Assembly (NCBI RefSeq): GCF_028641065.1
Contig: NC_073379.1
Span: forward strand, 112,592,001-112,656,000
DNA: 64,000 bases
Direction: 5' to 3'
DNA from: Leucoraja erinacea
Lineage: Eukaryota
Position 1 is the first letter of the stretch, and every line of letters starts with the position of its first letter. Positions 1 through 13,460 of this stretch are shown here, piece by piece. The notes under the pieces were generated by a model, which made no database searches, was not told the DNA's origin, and saw only the letters and a program-made list of their open reading frames with translations. Both the position numbers and the translations under genes were made by a program.

Positions 1-160
1 GCCCCCCACCCCCCCTGGACTGTCTCCCTCGGATGGTCACAACACACAGTTTATTTATTTTTTATTTTTTTGACATCGGTTGGAAGCTGCATACTAAATC
101 TCGTTGCACTGATGTGCAATGACAATAAAATATATTATTATTATTATTATTATTATTATT
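1..160 (+). mobile_element. 3' tail of a Rex1/L2-type LINE ending in (TTA)n
   Basis: gttgcactgatgtgcaatgac hairpin, AATAAA, then (tta)n at about 133-160. Confidence 0.5.
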
Positions 161-2315
161 GTTACCAGATTTACATTACAGCCATTTTCACGGCAGAGCA
201 CATTGTGAAACCTTTAATGATGTTAAACACTTCTATCAATTTTCCTCTTAACATTCGAAGAGAAACACCTCTAACTTCTCTGATCTCTCAATGACAAATT
301 GTCCCTCAACATTTATCCTATTTGGTATGACGGTACGGCAAACTAAATTCCTCGTATGTTGCAAAACATACTTGGCTCATAAATTACGGTTATTATTCTA
401 GTAAATCTCTTCTACATTTTCTTGTTCCTGACATCCTTCTGAAAGTATGATGCCTGGGAACAGACATGACACTCAAAAGTGGTTATAAAAGTTTTAAATA
501 ACTTCATTTCTTTATATCAATGTCTCTATTAATATGACTAATTATCCCATTTTGTTTGTGAGCAGACTTCTCAACGTCCTGACACCTCCACCAGTCTATT
601 TCCTTCGCTCCATAGATGCTGCTGCACCCGCTGAGTTTCTCCAGCTTTTTTGTGTACCTTCGATTTTCCAGCATCTGCAGTTCCTTCTTAAACACCTCCA
701 CCTTCCCTCTGTTCCCACGTCTCCTTAAAAGTACACCATTTAATTTATATTGACTCTCAATATTCTATTTATCAATTATCCATATTCTTCATTTCAAATT
801 CTCCACTTTAAATCTAATCTAAAATGTGTCTGCCTGTTCACTATGTTATCTATGCCTTTCTTTAAGTCTGTCATTATCCGGTTCATATTTTACTATATTT
901 TCAAGTTCCATGGATAATAATGTGAGCATTATGCAACAACTTTCTGAACTGAGCAACTGCAAGAGCAGTTTTCTTAAATACTTGGATTTTCAGAAGCACT
1001 GATAAGATGGTACATGAGATACATCTTCTGAAGGTCGAAGCATGTGGTATTAAGAAAGCTTAATCACTTTGCTGAAGGACTGACTATGAGACAGAACACT
1101 GATATCTACAAAAATAAATAAAGTTTGAAAATTAAACTGAAACAAAGCAGAAATACAAAGCATTAGTTATCAGAAATATGAATTAAAATAATTGGGAATA
1201 AAAGTAACATAAATCAAAGATCGCTAGTGGGGTGTTCGATCAATTCATTTATGTGAATGTTTTGTAGGAAGACATGCCTGAATGGTAGTGTCAAATGAGA
1301 GATATGCAAAGCTCTGAGGTAGAACACAATATATTATAAGACTACTGTAAGGAAAACAGCAGATGCAGTTCAATGCAAAACATTGGAATACTACATTCTG
1401 ATGAAAAAAAAGTTATTTAAATATGATATTTCCTAATCACTTAGGGAGATAACCAATTCTTTGATAGTATGAATGCAGGTAGAACATATCAGAGAAAAGA
1501 AAAATTTAATTGTAGTATTATAGTTTAAGGCACCAAACTGATACGCAGATTTGAAACAATTCTAAACTGAAAAAGCTGATTATAGCTGTCATGATTAAAG
1601 ATGCAAATGGCCATTCCTAGTTTCTTTTCTCAATCATTCTTTTTGTGAACTTGGTTCCATCAGGCTATGTTGTATAGAATCAACGTTCGAGCTGGAAATG
1701 GATTTCTTAATTAGCTGTGAAACCTATTCACATTTGTAGCGTTAACCAGCACAGAATGATAGAAAGCATTGGGGCAAGGAAAGCTGAGAATTTCTGAGTT
1801 TAGGTTGCAGACCTGCAGGTTTGATTAACAAATAGACACAAATAAATCATGGGTATGCTTGGCTAAACTTGATGTTAGTGGTGGAAACGTAGAAAATACC
1901 TCAAAACTCCTTCCTTTAATTGTATGTGCACAATGTAAATTGGCCACGTGTAAATGTCCTTGGACTATTAATGAACAACAGCATTAAAGTGGTTTGCAAG
2001 TAAAACTTAAAAGTTTATCCATGTCTCTTGGAGAAACTGCTACAATTAATTTCACAGTACACAATATTTGAAGTATCACTCTTCAAAGGAGCATAATCAT
2101 CAAAGCTGAAATTAGCATCACAATAAATCTATTTATTTAATATTGTTTTCTGACAGTATGCATTGCCCCTCCACTATCTTCTTGAAAGGCAATACATGTT
2201 AATGTTTTTTTTTAATTTCACATACTTCACTTTGATCACCAAATTAAGCAGCGGCTCATTAGCATATACCTCATTTCACTATAGGCAAAGCAGTTCCTTA
2301 AAACAATGTTGAATC

Positions 2316-2870
2316 ACAGAGTAATACAGCACAGAAACAGTCCCTTTGACCCACCACATTCATATCCAACCATCGTCAAATCCAAATTACTCACACTTGG
2401 TTCATAGCCATTGATGCTTTGGTGATTCAAATGGTTGTCTAGTTGCTACTTAAATGTAGTGAGACTTCCTGCTTCCATCACCTTCCCTGACAGTGTGTTC
2501 CAGATTGTACCCACCCTCTAAGTGAACAGAAAACTTCCTTCGGGCCCGTCAAAACCACTTACTCCTCACCATAAATCTATGCCCTCTGGTCTTATAGATA
2601 CTTCTTCCATGAGGAAGTTTCTTGTTGTCTACTTCCCATAATTGTGTACATCTCTATCAAATCTCTAGGAAGGAACTACAGATGCTGGTTTAAGCTGAAG
2701 ATAGATACAAAAAGCGTGACAGGCAGCATCTCTGGAGAGAAGGAATGGGTGACGTTTTCAGGTCGACCTGAAACATCACCCATTCCTTCTCTCCAGATAT
2801 GCTGCCTATTCCACTGAGTTACTCCAGCTTTTTGTGTCTATCAAATCTCACCTCAGCCTCCTCTTGAAAG
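2316..2870 (-). mobile_element. Degraded CR1-type LINE 3' fragment interrupted by a foldback element
   Basis: Similar to the minus-strand CR1 3' ends at 19540-19900 and 39450-39770. Confidence 0.6.
2666..2836. mobile_element. Short Penelope-derived foldback element with 13-bp flanking direct repeat
   Basis: Inverted arms centred on ggtcgacc (2761-2768); tctatcaaatctc at 2653-2665 and 2837-2849. Confidence 0.75.
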
Positions 2871-3534
2871 TTATACATGACGTTTGCTGGCAATTTGACA
2901 TGACATTACATCCCGTTAAAAAATGAGCCAGTCCATAGTTGGACTCGATTTCAGTGAAATTGATTAGTACTTTCTAGCATGATGTGCTAGACTAATAAAA
3001 TCCCACTTGCCAATGTTGGGTGTGCAATTAATATACAAAATGTAGTTTCAAGCTAAAAAATTATTGTGATTTTACTTCAGAAAATATTTTAAGAGAATAG
3101 AAATATTTAGAAAATAGTCCAAGTTCAGAAAATTAGAAAATGAAACGTCACGATGATAATAAGTTACAGCTCACAATTCAATATAGCCATGGTTCAACAT
3201 TTTGTTGAGACCACTAAATTAATTGAATCCTTAAATCTGTTGCGAATCCTGAACTGCACTTCACTGAAAAGGACTACCATACATCACCCCAATTCAACCT
3301 ATGTTGAACAACTGTCCCAAATCTTCATTGTTTTAAACAAATCTGTTTTAGTAGTGTACTGACCTCCACATCAACAGACAACAAAATTAGTATCAATCAA
3401 TAAATCAATCAAGAGGGAAAAATGAATGTAAATAATGGCATAGTTTAGTTCCGGCTCATATATATCCATGTTCCACACCCCAGTTAATGTTGTACCGTGA
3501 AAGGCTAAGAAATAAAAATCAAAACTTTACTTAC

Positions 3535-3602
3535 ATGTTCATTCCTGGCATGCCTGGGCCACCTAAAGCATTCAGTGGGGGCCTCATTCCTCCACCGTAA
3601 CT
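3535..3602 (-). CDS. SSBP2: SSBP2 internal exon, 68 nt ([22 protein letters not shown]+M)
   Basis: ttgcag|AGTTACGGT...ATGAACAT|gtaagt; phase 0 to 2; CTAAC branch-point-like motif upstream; [17 protein letters not shown] is SSBP2-type. Confidence 0.95.
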
Positions 3603-3890
3603 CTGCAATGATAACCAAGGGTTAGCTACCATAAAGAAAAGACAAACCCGAGAGGAAGAGGGACATTATTTCCCTAGTAGAATTCAAGGACTGTGGCTTG
3701 TGTCTCAAAATAACATTGAAAGCGTGCTGGAAAATTAAATCTCACATTCACATCAAAATATGGATCTTTTGCCAACATTTTAAAAATGCATGCAGCTTAG
3801 CATAAAATCAGTAGCATTTTGAACAATTGATGCATCAACTTTTGTCTAAAAAATGCATCAGCTGCTAATATAAACACAGTTTCTAGCTAC

Positions 3891-3964
3891 CTGCAGTCCT
3901 AAGGGGGGAACCATCCCCCGTGGTGGAGTCATTCTCTGCATTGGTCCACCCATGGTTGGATGTC
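3891..3964 (-). CDS. SSBP2: SSBP2 internal exon, 74 nt ([25 protein letters not shown])
   Basis: ttcag|GACATCCA...CTGCAG|gtagct; phase 1 to 0; matches [24 protein letters not shown] with one extra Pro codon. Confidence 0.94.
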
Positions 3965-5013
3965 CTGAATGTCAAAATATCAAATAAATTCAAGGACAAA
4001 CATTTTAGTTGATTTATATATTTCATAAATTAGCAAAAATGTTATACAAAAATCTAGTATGTGTCCACCTTGAACTAATATAGAACATTAAACATTAAAT
4101 ACAATAACTATGTACAGCAGGTCTACATTCGGCTTCATGAGAAACTATTTCTCTCACACTCCTCCCACCATCTTGAGTCTCCTTCTTCCAACCTTTACAT
4201 TCCTCCTTCTTTCTCTCTTGCATCCTACCACAAAGCCTCCTCCTTCATTCCCTGCAATGCCTTCCCCATTGCAATACGTCCCCTGGCTTTCTGCTACCAC
4301 TCCCCACTTCAAACGCTCTCCTCACACCAGAAGTCATCCCTTGTTCTCCAGCCAAGATTTCTTAAGGATTGAAGGGTTGATGGAAGCCAGGATGGATGTG
4401 GGAAAAGGTGAGGAGAAGATAATGGGTATGAATGTACCCAAGTATGTGAATGTGTAAATGCATCATTGCTGAAGGGCGCCCCTACACACATGCCTTGGCA
4501 TCCTGTCAAGCTTGTATGGTAACGGATGGTTAATGTACCAATGGTTGTAGCTATCCCACATTAAATGGAATCATGCAAATACAGTCTACACTCCTCAGTA
4601 TGAAGTAAGGCACCAGAAGCACAAGGACCCTCAAACAGAGCCCCAATGGCAACAGACCTGAACATTACTCCACTATCGTAGCCTGAGAACTTTAATGCTT
4701 TAACAATGGCATTGCCACTAAGTGAATAACATAGGCATGAGATGGGCAACATAAAGAACATGGCATTGAGTGTACCTGCTTCCGGAAAGACAACCTGGAA
4801 GAGGAACACTATCTTCATGGGATAGGTTGCCTAAGAATAAGCAGATCGAGCATCTTTGCAACACTCAATAGTTTAATGGTACTTTCATTGTCACGTGTGT
4901 AAAGTGCTAACACAGTGACATTTTAAAACTTACAAATGTCCACTTTTCCCATGGGATAATGTTGTCTGGAATATTAATCTGGAAGTTACAGATGTGGCAA
5001 AGGATAGCTTCTA

Positions 5014-5989
5014 ATTAATGATTTGGACGAGGGAATTGAATGCAACATCTCCAAGTTTGCGGATGACACAAAGCTGGGGGGCAGTGTTAGCTGTGAGGAG
5101 GATGCTAGGAGGCTGCAAGGTGACTTGGATAGGGCAAGTGCATGGCAGATGCAGTATAATGTGGATAAATGTGAGGTTATGCACTATGGTGGCAAGAACA
5201 GGAAAGTAGACTATTACCTGATTGGTGGCCGATTAGGAAAAGGGGAGATACAACGAGACCTGGGTGTCATGGTACACCAGTCATTGAAAGTAGGCATGCA
5301 GGTGCAGCAGGCAGTGAAGAAAGCGAATGGTATGTTAGCATTCATAGCAAAAGGATTTGAATATAGGAGCAGGGAGGTTCTACTGTAGTTGTACAGGGTC
5401 TTGGTGAGACCACACCTGGAGTATTGCGTACAGTTGTGGTCTCCTAATCTGAGGAAAGACATTGGTTGCCATAGAGGGAGTACAGAGAAGGTTCACCAGA
5501 CTGATTCCTGGGATGTCAGGACTTTCATATGAAGAAAGACTGGATAGACTCGGCATGTACTCGCTAGAATTTAGAAGATTGAGGGGGGATCTTATAGAAA
5601 CTTACAACATTCTTAAGGGGTTGGACAGGCTAGATGCAGGAAGATTGTTCCCGATGTTGGGGAAGTCCAGAACAAGGGGTCACAGTTTAAGGATAAACAG
5701 GAAATCTTTTAGGACTGAGATAAGAAAAACATTTTTTGCACAGAGAGTGGCGAATCTCTGGAATTCTCTGCCACAGAATGTAGTTGAGGCCAGTTCATTG
5801 GCTATATTTAAGAGGGAGTTAGATGTGGCCTTTGTGGCTAAAGGGATCAGGGGGTATGGAGAGAAAGCAGGTACAGGATACTGAGTTGGATGATCAGCCA
5901 TGATCATATTGAATGGCGGTGCAGGCTCAAAGGGTCGAATGGCCTACTCCTGCACATATTTTCTATGTTTCTATGCTTCTATGTTTCTA
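5014..5989 (+). mobile_element. CR1 LINE, 5'-truncated (RT C-terminus, 3' UTR, (TTCTATGT)n tail)
   Basis: Translates [36 protein letters not shown]; in-frame stop at 5386-5388 and a frameshift near 5460; octamer tail. Confidence 0.93.
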
Positions 5990-7134
5990 CTCTAACCATA
6001 AACAAAGCCCTGGCTCACATCCCAGAGGGATACCAACCAACCATTTTGAGCAACATCAATATCAGGGCTGGTAAAAAGACAATCCTCTGGAAAAGTTTCA
6101 TTGACTTGGAGAGGTAGCTGTTCCAGAAAAATGCTTGGTGCATGCTCCTGTCATAATCAAGCTGAGAAAAGAACACAGGAATTCATGGCAAAAATCCTGA
6201 TCTAGGCACTGGCACCCAACACATATCTGCATTAAAAGTGCAATGATATGCAGTAATAACGGTCAGACTGGCTATTGCCCAATCTACTGATATTTCTATA
6301 AGCCTGGTCGCAGAACAATGGTAGAAACACAATAATACTGAAGGTCTTGTTCCTGCAAAGAGAGCACTTCATGGTATGGCCCCAGTTCCCCTGTGTACTC
6401 CAAGTTGAAGCTTCAGATGGAACACAGCGATTGATAAAGTTGTCATTAAAATCCAGACTGACATTGGGTTTGTGCAAATCCATAACTCATGGAGAAAATG
6501 GGTGATTGCCAGACTGGGGGTTGGCACAATTGGAATATGAGCGTTTGATCAACAAAGCTAAACATTAGTTTAATCAGTAGTGTAATCAGTATAAGTCATT
6601 ATAGCTACTTCTCACCTACAACTCAGTTTACTTATAATTGCTTTTATCAGATATACAAAGCTATTTTCTATTTAGATAGGGACAGGCCTGTGAATTATTA
6701 TTTTAATAATCACAATATCTTTTAATGTACTTTTTTTTTAACTTGCATTAAAAAGCTCCCCCCTTCCTCAAAGCCCTCCTGCAATTTACAGCAATTCCTG
6801 ATGGTGCTTACTTCATCATGCCCAGCTTTGTGAGAGATAACTGCTTCAGCACAATACTTTTAAAACTACTTCAATAGATCACAGAATTGAGTCTTCCAGA
6901 ATGGGATTTATGCAAATACGCAGAATACAGGGAGTACACTGAAGCAACCAGAAATAAAGCAGAAACAAGGCAATTTTACAAATATATACATATGCATTAA
7001 TGCATTATACATATGCATTAAAGTCTCGAATATAAGAACTAGAACCAGGGTTTTACCATAGGCATTCCTCATGCTTGCACTGGTATTTAATAAGCATACC
7101 TCTTCTGAGAGAGGTGGCTTTAGAGATTGTAACG

Positions 7135-7970
7135 GTATTAGTGGTGATATTTCAAAATTGCTGGAGTCAGCAGTGGTCCCAGAGGACTGGAAAATTGGAA
7201 ATATTACTCTGCTGTTCAAGAAGGAAGCGAAGCAAAAGTGGAGAAACTATAGACTGTTTGGCCTGACTTCAGTGGTTGGTAAGATCTTAGAGGCCATTAT
7301 TAAGGATGTGTTTTCCGAGTACATGATGGTACATCAGGCACATGATAAATTAGGCCAAAGTCAGCATGGTTTTCTGAAGGGGAGATCTTCCCAGACAAAT
7401 CTGCTGGAATTCTTTGAGGAAGACAGTAGCAGGATAGACAAAGGAGAGTCAGTTGACGTTGTTTACCTGGCTTTTCAGAAGGCCTTTGATAAGGTGCTGC
7501 TAGTGGGGCTGCTAAAAAAGATGAGAGCCCATGGTATTAGAGGGAAGGTAATAGCATGGATTGAAGGTTGGCAGAATGGCAAAAAGCGAAGCGTGAGAAT
7601 AAAGGGGGCTTTTTCTAGTTGGCTGCCAGTGACCAGTGGTGTTTTGCAGGGGTCAGTGTTGGGGCCGCTACTCTTCAGGTTGTATATCAATAATTTGGAT
7701 GATGGAATTGATGGCTTTGTGGGTAGGTTTGCACATGATAGGAAGATAGGCGGAGTGGGTAGTGTAGAGGAAGCAGGGAGTCTGCAGAAGGACTTGTGCG
7801 GTCATGCACTTTGGTAGTAGACGGCTGGGTCAGAGGCGGACTGGGTCTAAAAATATTGGTTGCCAGGAGACAAAGGGGGCCCACTTCATCAGGGTCCCAC
7901 TTGCCATCGGGCAAGCTGACACCCTGGCCAGTCCGCCACTGATAGGACTATTTTCTAAATGGAGAATCAG
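7135..7970 (+). mobile_element. CR1 LINE RT fragment
   Basis: VPEDWK, NYRL, SQHGFLKGRS, DVVYLAFQKAFDKV, SGVLQGSVLGPLLF motifs. Confidence 0.9.
7831..7941. mobile_element. hAT-like MITE (about 111 bp) inside the CR1 fragment
   Basis: Terminal inverted repeats CAGAGGCGGACTGG (7831-7844) and CCAGTCCGCCACTG (7928-7941); no clear 8-bp TSD. Confidence 0.6.
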
Positions 7971-8208
7971 GGATCCTGACCTACATAACGATCCTTTCAT
8001 CCTGTCAAGAGATAAACTACACTTGGAGTGGATCCCACAAAACATCGCCCCAAATAAATTGTAATGCATTTACAATTGTTGTGTCTTCAATTCCCACACA
8101 TTGTCATAAAAATACAGAAATGCACAAATTGACAACGATTTAAAAAGTTGGAGCTTTTTGTATGATAACATAGAAGAACTACCATGAAATATAGAAAGTA
8201 ATTTTTAC

Positions 8209-8275
8209 CTTGCTGTCGTGTTGGGTCTATTCCACTCGGCAGCAATGGCTGTGTTCCTGGAACTCCTCCAAGTGA
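8209..8275 (-). CDS. SSBP2: SSBP2 internal exon, 67 nt ([22 protein letters not shown]+G)
   Basis: cccaaaag|TCACTTGGA...CAGCAAG|gtaaaa; phase 0 to 1; matches SSBP2 [23 protein letters not shown]. Confidence 0.94.
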
Positions 8276-8833
8276 CTTTTGGGAAGGAGGTGGAAAAAAA
8301 AGAGCTGAAAATGTACATTTTCAAAATCTGAGGTATAATTTCTTCTTGATCAAAAATGTTGATAAAATAAATATTAGATGCTGATATTATACACATGTTA
8401 CATATTTCAGGTATCTTGTAAGCAAGCAGAAACATATAAAAACAGAATATTTTAGAAACATTAAGAAACATGTTTTTTCCATAATTGCTACCTGACTTGC
8501 TATTTCTAGTATCTTCATTTTTTCCCCCAGAAAGCTGCTGCAATTTTTATATTTTCGTATTTACATCCATACATACACTTTTTACACAAATAGATACATT
8601 AAGCCACTCTGTTTTATCACCTTTGGTGTAAAACCACATTTGGAAAAAATCAGCTTAGGTAGTACAGGTATAATGCACAAATCAGATTTTCTAGAAACAA
8701 AGAATTACCATTATAATAGGTATTGAGACTTGTTTAGCAACCACATTATGATCTTCAAAAACTATGTTTAATCAAGGATTCAGATGAAAGGTCATTGACC
8801 TGAAACATTAATTCTGTTTTTTCTCTCCAGATA

Positions 8834-10845
8834 TTGTGTCATGTTCGCGGCACTCGCCTGAAAAACCGGGAACTGGAACGGCGACTGTCAGAGTGGAACA
8901 CACACACACACACACACGTCACAGTGGAACACACACACACACACACACACACGTCACAGTGGAACACACACACACACACGTCAGAGTGGAACACACACAC
9001 ACAAAGTCAGAGTGGAACANNNNNNNNNNNNNNNNNNNNNNNNNNNNNNNNNNNNNNNNNNNNNNNNNNNNNNNNNNNNNNNNNNNNNNNNNNNNNNNNN
9101 NNNNNNNNNNNNNNNNNNNNNNNNNNNNNNNNNNNNNNNNNNNNNNNNNNNNCACACACACACACAGTCAGAGTGGAACACGCACACACACACGTCAGAG
9201 TGGAACACACACACACACACACACGTCATACACACAGATATACACCACATAGACACAGACACACGTCATACACACAGATATACACCACACACACACACAC
9301 ACACGTCATACACACAGATATACACCACACACACTCAGACACACGTCATACACACAGATAAACACCAAACACACACACACACACGTCAAGTGGAACACAC
9401 ACACACACACACAGTCAGAGTGGAACACGCACACACGTCAGAGTGGAACACACACACACACGTCAGAGTGGAACGCACACACACATCAGAGTGGAACACG
9501 CACACACACGTCAGAGTGGAACACGCACACACACACACACACGTCATACACACAGATATACACCACATAGACACAGACACACGTCATACACACAGATATA
9601 CACCACACACACACACACACACGTCAGAGTGGACACACACACACACACGTCAAGTGGAACACACACACACACACGTCAGAGTGGAACACACACACACACA
9701 CACACACGTCAGTGGAACACACACACGTCAGAGTGGAACACACACACACGTCAGAGTGGAACACACACACACACACGTCAGGGTGGAACACACACACACG
9801 TCAAGTGGAACACGCACACACATACGTCAGAGTGTGAACACACACACACGTCAGAGACGGGAACACAGTGCACACACACACGTCAGAGTGGAACACGGGG
9901 GGGGGGGGGGGGGAGTGGAACACGCACACACACACACACACACACGTCAGAGTGGAACACGCACACACACACACGTCAGAGTGGAACAGACACACACACA
10001 CACACAAGGTCAGAGTGGAACACACACACACACACACACACGTCAGAGTGGAACACACACACACACACACACGTCAGAGTGGAACACACACACACGTCAA
10101 GTGGGAACACGCGACACACACACGTCAGAGTGGAACACGCACACACGTCAGAGTGGAACACACACACACACACGTCAGAGTGGAACACACACACACACGT
10201 CAGAGTGGAACGCACACACACACTCAGAGTGGAACACGCACACACGTCAGAGTGGAACACACACACACACGTCAGAGTGGAACGCACACACACATCAGAG
10301 GTGGTGGACACACACGACACGTCAGAGTGGAACACGACACACACACACGTCAGGAGTGGAACAGCACACAAACGTCAGAGTGGAACACGCACACACACAC
10401 ACACACCACAAAGGCCAGGGAGCGCTGTCTGAAATTCACACGGTGCAAAACCAAGATGATACAGACACACACCGCGTTGAACAGGAGGTTAAGACGGCTA
10501 GCACAGTGTACGGTAAATCCTTTAAAGAGGGGGGGGGGGGGGAGCCGCATGCGTGGCGGGGGAGACCCTGGAGACACTTTTAAGAAGCCAGACAACTTTT
10601 AATAAACCAGAGATACACAGCTGTGAAGGTTGGTGGGCATTTTTTGGTCGCAGAAAAATTTTGTGCATGTTGAAAAAATTGTGGCGGCCATACTGAGGCT
10701 AGTTCCCAGTTCCCCAGAATGCGGGAATTCCTCGCGACCATGAAGGAGACTCACTAGAGACCACCAGCGAATATGTGGCGACCATGTGGCGATCATGAGG
10801 CCAGCGCAGACTTTTCTTCACTCGCCTAAGTGGGACAGGCCCTTT
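8834..10845. mobile_element. Non-autonomous DNA element, PIF/Harbinger-like, with internal satellite
   Basis: Right end AAGTGGGACAGGCCCT followed by TTAA, compatible with a TWA target; left terminus not found. Confidence 0.5.
8885..10410. repeat. Compound satellite (GTCAGAGTGGAA(CA)n) with interspersed GTCATACACACAGATATACAC units; contains N gap 9020-9152
   Basis: Directly visible tandem units with variable CA length. Confidence 0.95.
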
Positions 10846-10850
10846 AAGCT

Positions 10851-11160
10851 GAGGGGGGGGGGGGAGGAAGACAATGGGGACGCGGCCTGGGGGGACCGCT
10901 GTGAGGGACGGTGGGAGAACAAAGGGAGACCCGGTATGGGGGAGGGGGGGGGGGCACTAGTTTAGAATCCTCTAACCAGGGGATAAGTCTGTGTTCGTTT
11001 GTTTGTTTTGTTCATTTGTTCCGGTGAAGGCGCTGGGCACACGGCAGCGTTTTCATTTTGTTTTCACTTTTAATTTCAAGTGTTCGTGTACCTTGTGTGT
11101 TGTGACTGTTGGCAGACCGATTCCCCACCGGGGATGAATAAAGTTTTATCGTATCATATA
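10851..11160 (+). mobile_element. 3' end of a LINE or SINE
   Basis: ttccccaccggggat hairpin, AATAAA, then a short tatc/tcgta tail. Confidence 0.45.
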
Positions 11161-12272
11161 AAGTTTAATTTCCACATTTGCGGAGTCATGGGCACTGATT
11201 GCATCTACAATTGCTACGTGCACTAGATTCATGTGCTACTCAATGCACCATACAGCCATTCTAAACGGCCAACAACCTTTATCAATTAAGAGATGGCCTA
11301 ATATTTATTTATTCTATCTGATTTTGACACTTTTAAAATTACCTTACACTCACAACCTTTACACAAACACCAGCTGTTCAACCATAACAATCACATCATA
11401 AAACACATTTTACTATATTCACTGACATGTTTGCTTCCCCAAGTAATGTGTAATAGAGTCATAGAGTTATACCGGGCGTAAACAGACCCTGTGGTCCAAC
11501 GCCCATGCCAACAAAGTTGCCTAACCAGGTTAGCTGGGCAAATTAGCTTGTGTGAGCAGAGACAAAAAACTTTTGAACAGTGACTGAGTACATGAGAAGG
11601 CAGCATAGAGTTTGTCTCCTGCCTTGTCAATCTTTAAAATGTGAAAATATGAAAATAATTATGTCTTTTAATATTCTAAAGCAAAATACAGGGATCGTGT
11701 AAAGTACTCAAAATATCCAGCAGGTCACACAATATCTGGTGCAGAACACTATGACGGTGAAATTGAAAAACAAAAGTATTCGACCGCATTCACATTTACA
11801 GCTCACACACGGACACTATGAGCAAATTAGAGGATAACTTAGAGAAGGGATTTGCAGGCAAGACATTAGGAAGGGGTGGCCTGTAGGCAGGTTAGGGCCA
11901 GGGTAGTGTAGGTGTCAGCTCTTCAGAAGGGAGCATACAATTTACGATGCAGAGAAGAAAGAAGAAGGTTTACAGTTATTTACAATGAACAGCCTGAAAG
12001 AATGCCACAATGTCAAGGAACGTGGTGGAAAACGGCACCAACTTTGCTCCTAGGTGACTTCATTGTCACATTTTTGGGCCTCGCCACAATGCAGCATTTA
12101 AAAGTCGATAGTCACAATAGAAGTGGCCACTCAGCAAAAGTGTGCTGCATTGGAAAGTCAGATTTGTGTCTCAGAAGCTCAGCTTGTCCTACATGACCTC
12201 AGACTACTGTCATCATTTAGTTCTTCAGAACATCTTGAAGGATGTTGCAACAGTCCTCCAGTCGATTAGCCG

Positions 12273-12530
12273 GATTGCTGAAACACCGATCTATGGGAGA
12301 GGCCGTGGACACTGGTGCACAATACCAGGTGATTACACAGATTGCTGAAACACCGATCTATGGGAGAGGCCAGTGGACACTGGTGCACAATACCAGGTGA
12401 TTACCCGGATTGCTGAAACACCGATCCATGGGAGAGGTGGCAGTGGACACTGCTGCACAATACCAGGTGATTACACAGATTGCTGAAACATCGATCTATG
12501 GGAGAGGCAGTGGACACTGGTGCACAATAC
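12273..12530. repeat. Minisatellite, about 3.8 copies of a 67-70 bp unit
   Basis: gattgctgaaaca...ctatgggagagg...gtggacact...gcacaatac starts at 12273, 12340, 12408, 12478. Confidence 0.9.
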
Positions 12531-12534
12531 TGCT

Positions 12535-13460
12535 GTCCTCACAGGACAACACCATTCTTCTGCCATCACTGGGACATAGCCTGTATCCTACTGCTGCCTG
12601 TCAACAAACAAGCCTAAAGTGCTGGTATCCTTGATGCAGTTCATATCTAGTCCTTTTAAGCTCACAGTTTGACAAGATCATCCACCAATGCCGGTGTGGG
12701 CAGGTTGGCCTGTTTCTACACTGTATGGCTCTATAATGCCATCTGCAATCTTGCTCGCCAAGCATTAGCATTCTTTTACTAGCCATTCTGCACCTGACAG
12801 TGGGCATTCACTGAAGCCACATTGCGTAGTTATTTGCCTCTACAGTAAGGTGTGCTTGGCTTTTATTCTCACATTGTGGCCAAGCAGGCAGTATATTGGA
12901 CAGGAATGGAGCAAAATAAAGGTATAGGACTGTGGGAATTGGGGTCACCATTAAACCGGTTGTTGCTGGCCACAACGCTTTGCTCTTCTCTTCCTTTTCT
13001 TCTCCCCCCTTGCTCCAAAACTGCTCATCATGTATGTAGCTGGTGTTATGCTGCATAAACCACAACTGTGAACTTTTGAGACCCAATCAGTTGAATACTC
13101 CAGGGCTGCTTCAAAATGCTGCAAGCAGTGAAAGCACAGACTGCTCCTGCATTTCATGTTGCAGCATGATTTTCTTTGTATGCTTAATGTTTGCAGGTGC
13201 AGGGGTTACATACCAGCAACACAGGCTATATTGTCAGCAGCCTCCAGCCAGCATTATCATGGTAACTTGTGCAGACAGTGCAGTGGATTGTGGCAGAAAG
13301 ATGGCCTCACGCAGTCCTCCACCTGCTCTGTAGTTACAGAAATGCCTCCAGCATTGTATGGATTTCAATGAGAACACTGACTGAACTACAGATGTCTTGC
13401 AGACTGTTTGTTACTGAAATGAAGGCAAAAGAACTGCTCTCTTCTCGCCTTGGGTAGACC
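12535..13460 (-). mobile_element. Old RTE-like LINE remnant
   Basis: Degenerate minus-strand motifs resembling NxxKTxxM and the C-terminal GHxxRM...GRP...W...DLK pattern. Confidence 0.45.

Noticed and set aside
8834-10602. Long His/Thr-rich ORFs (up to 523 aa)
   Set aside because: Translations of a stop-free CA satellite spanning an N gap.
12273-12530. 67-70 bp period as a repeat-spacer array
   Set aside because: The whole unit is repeated; ordinary minisatellite.
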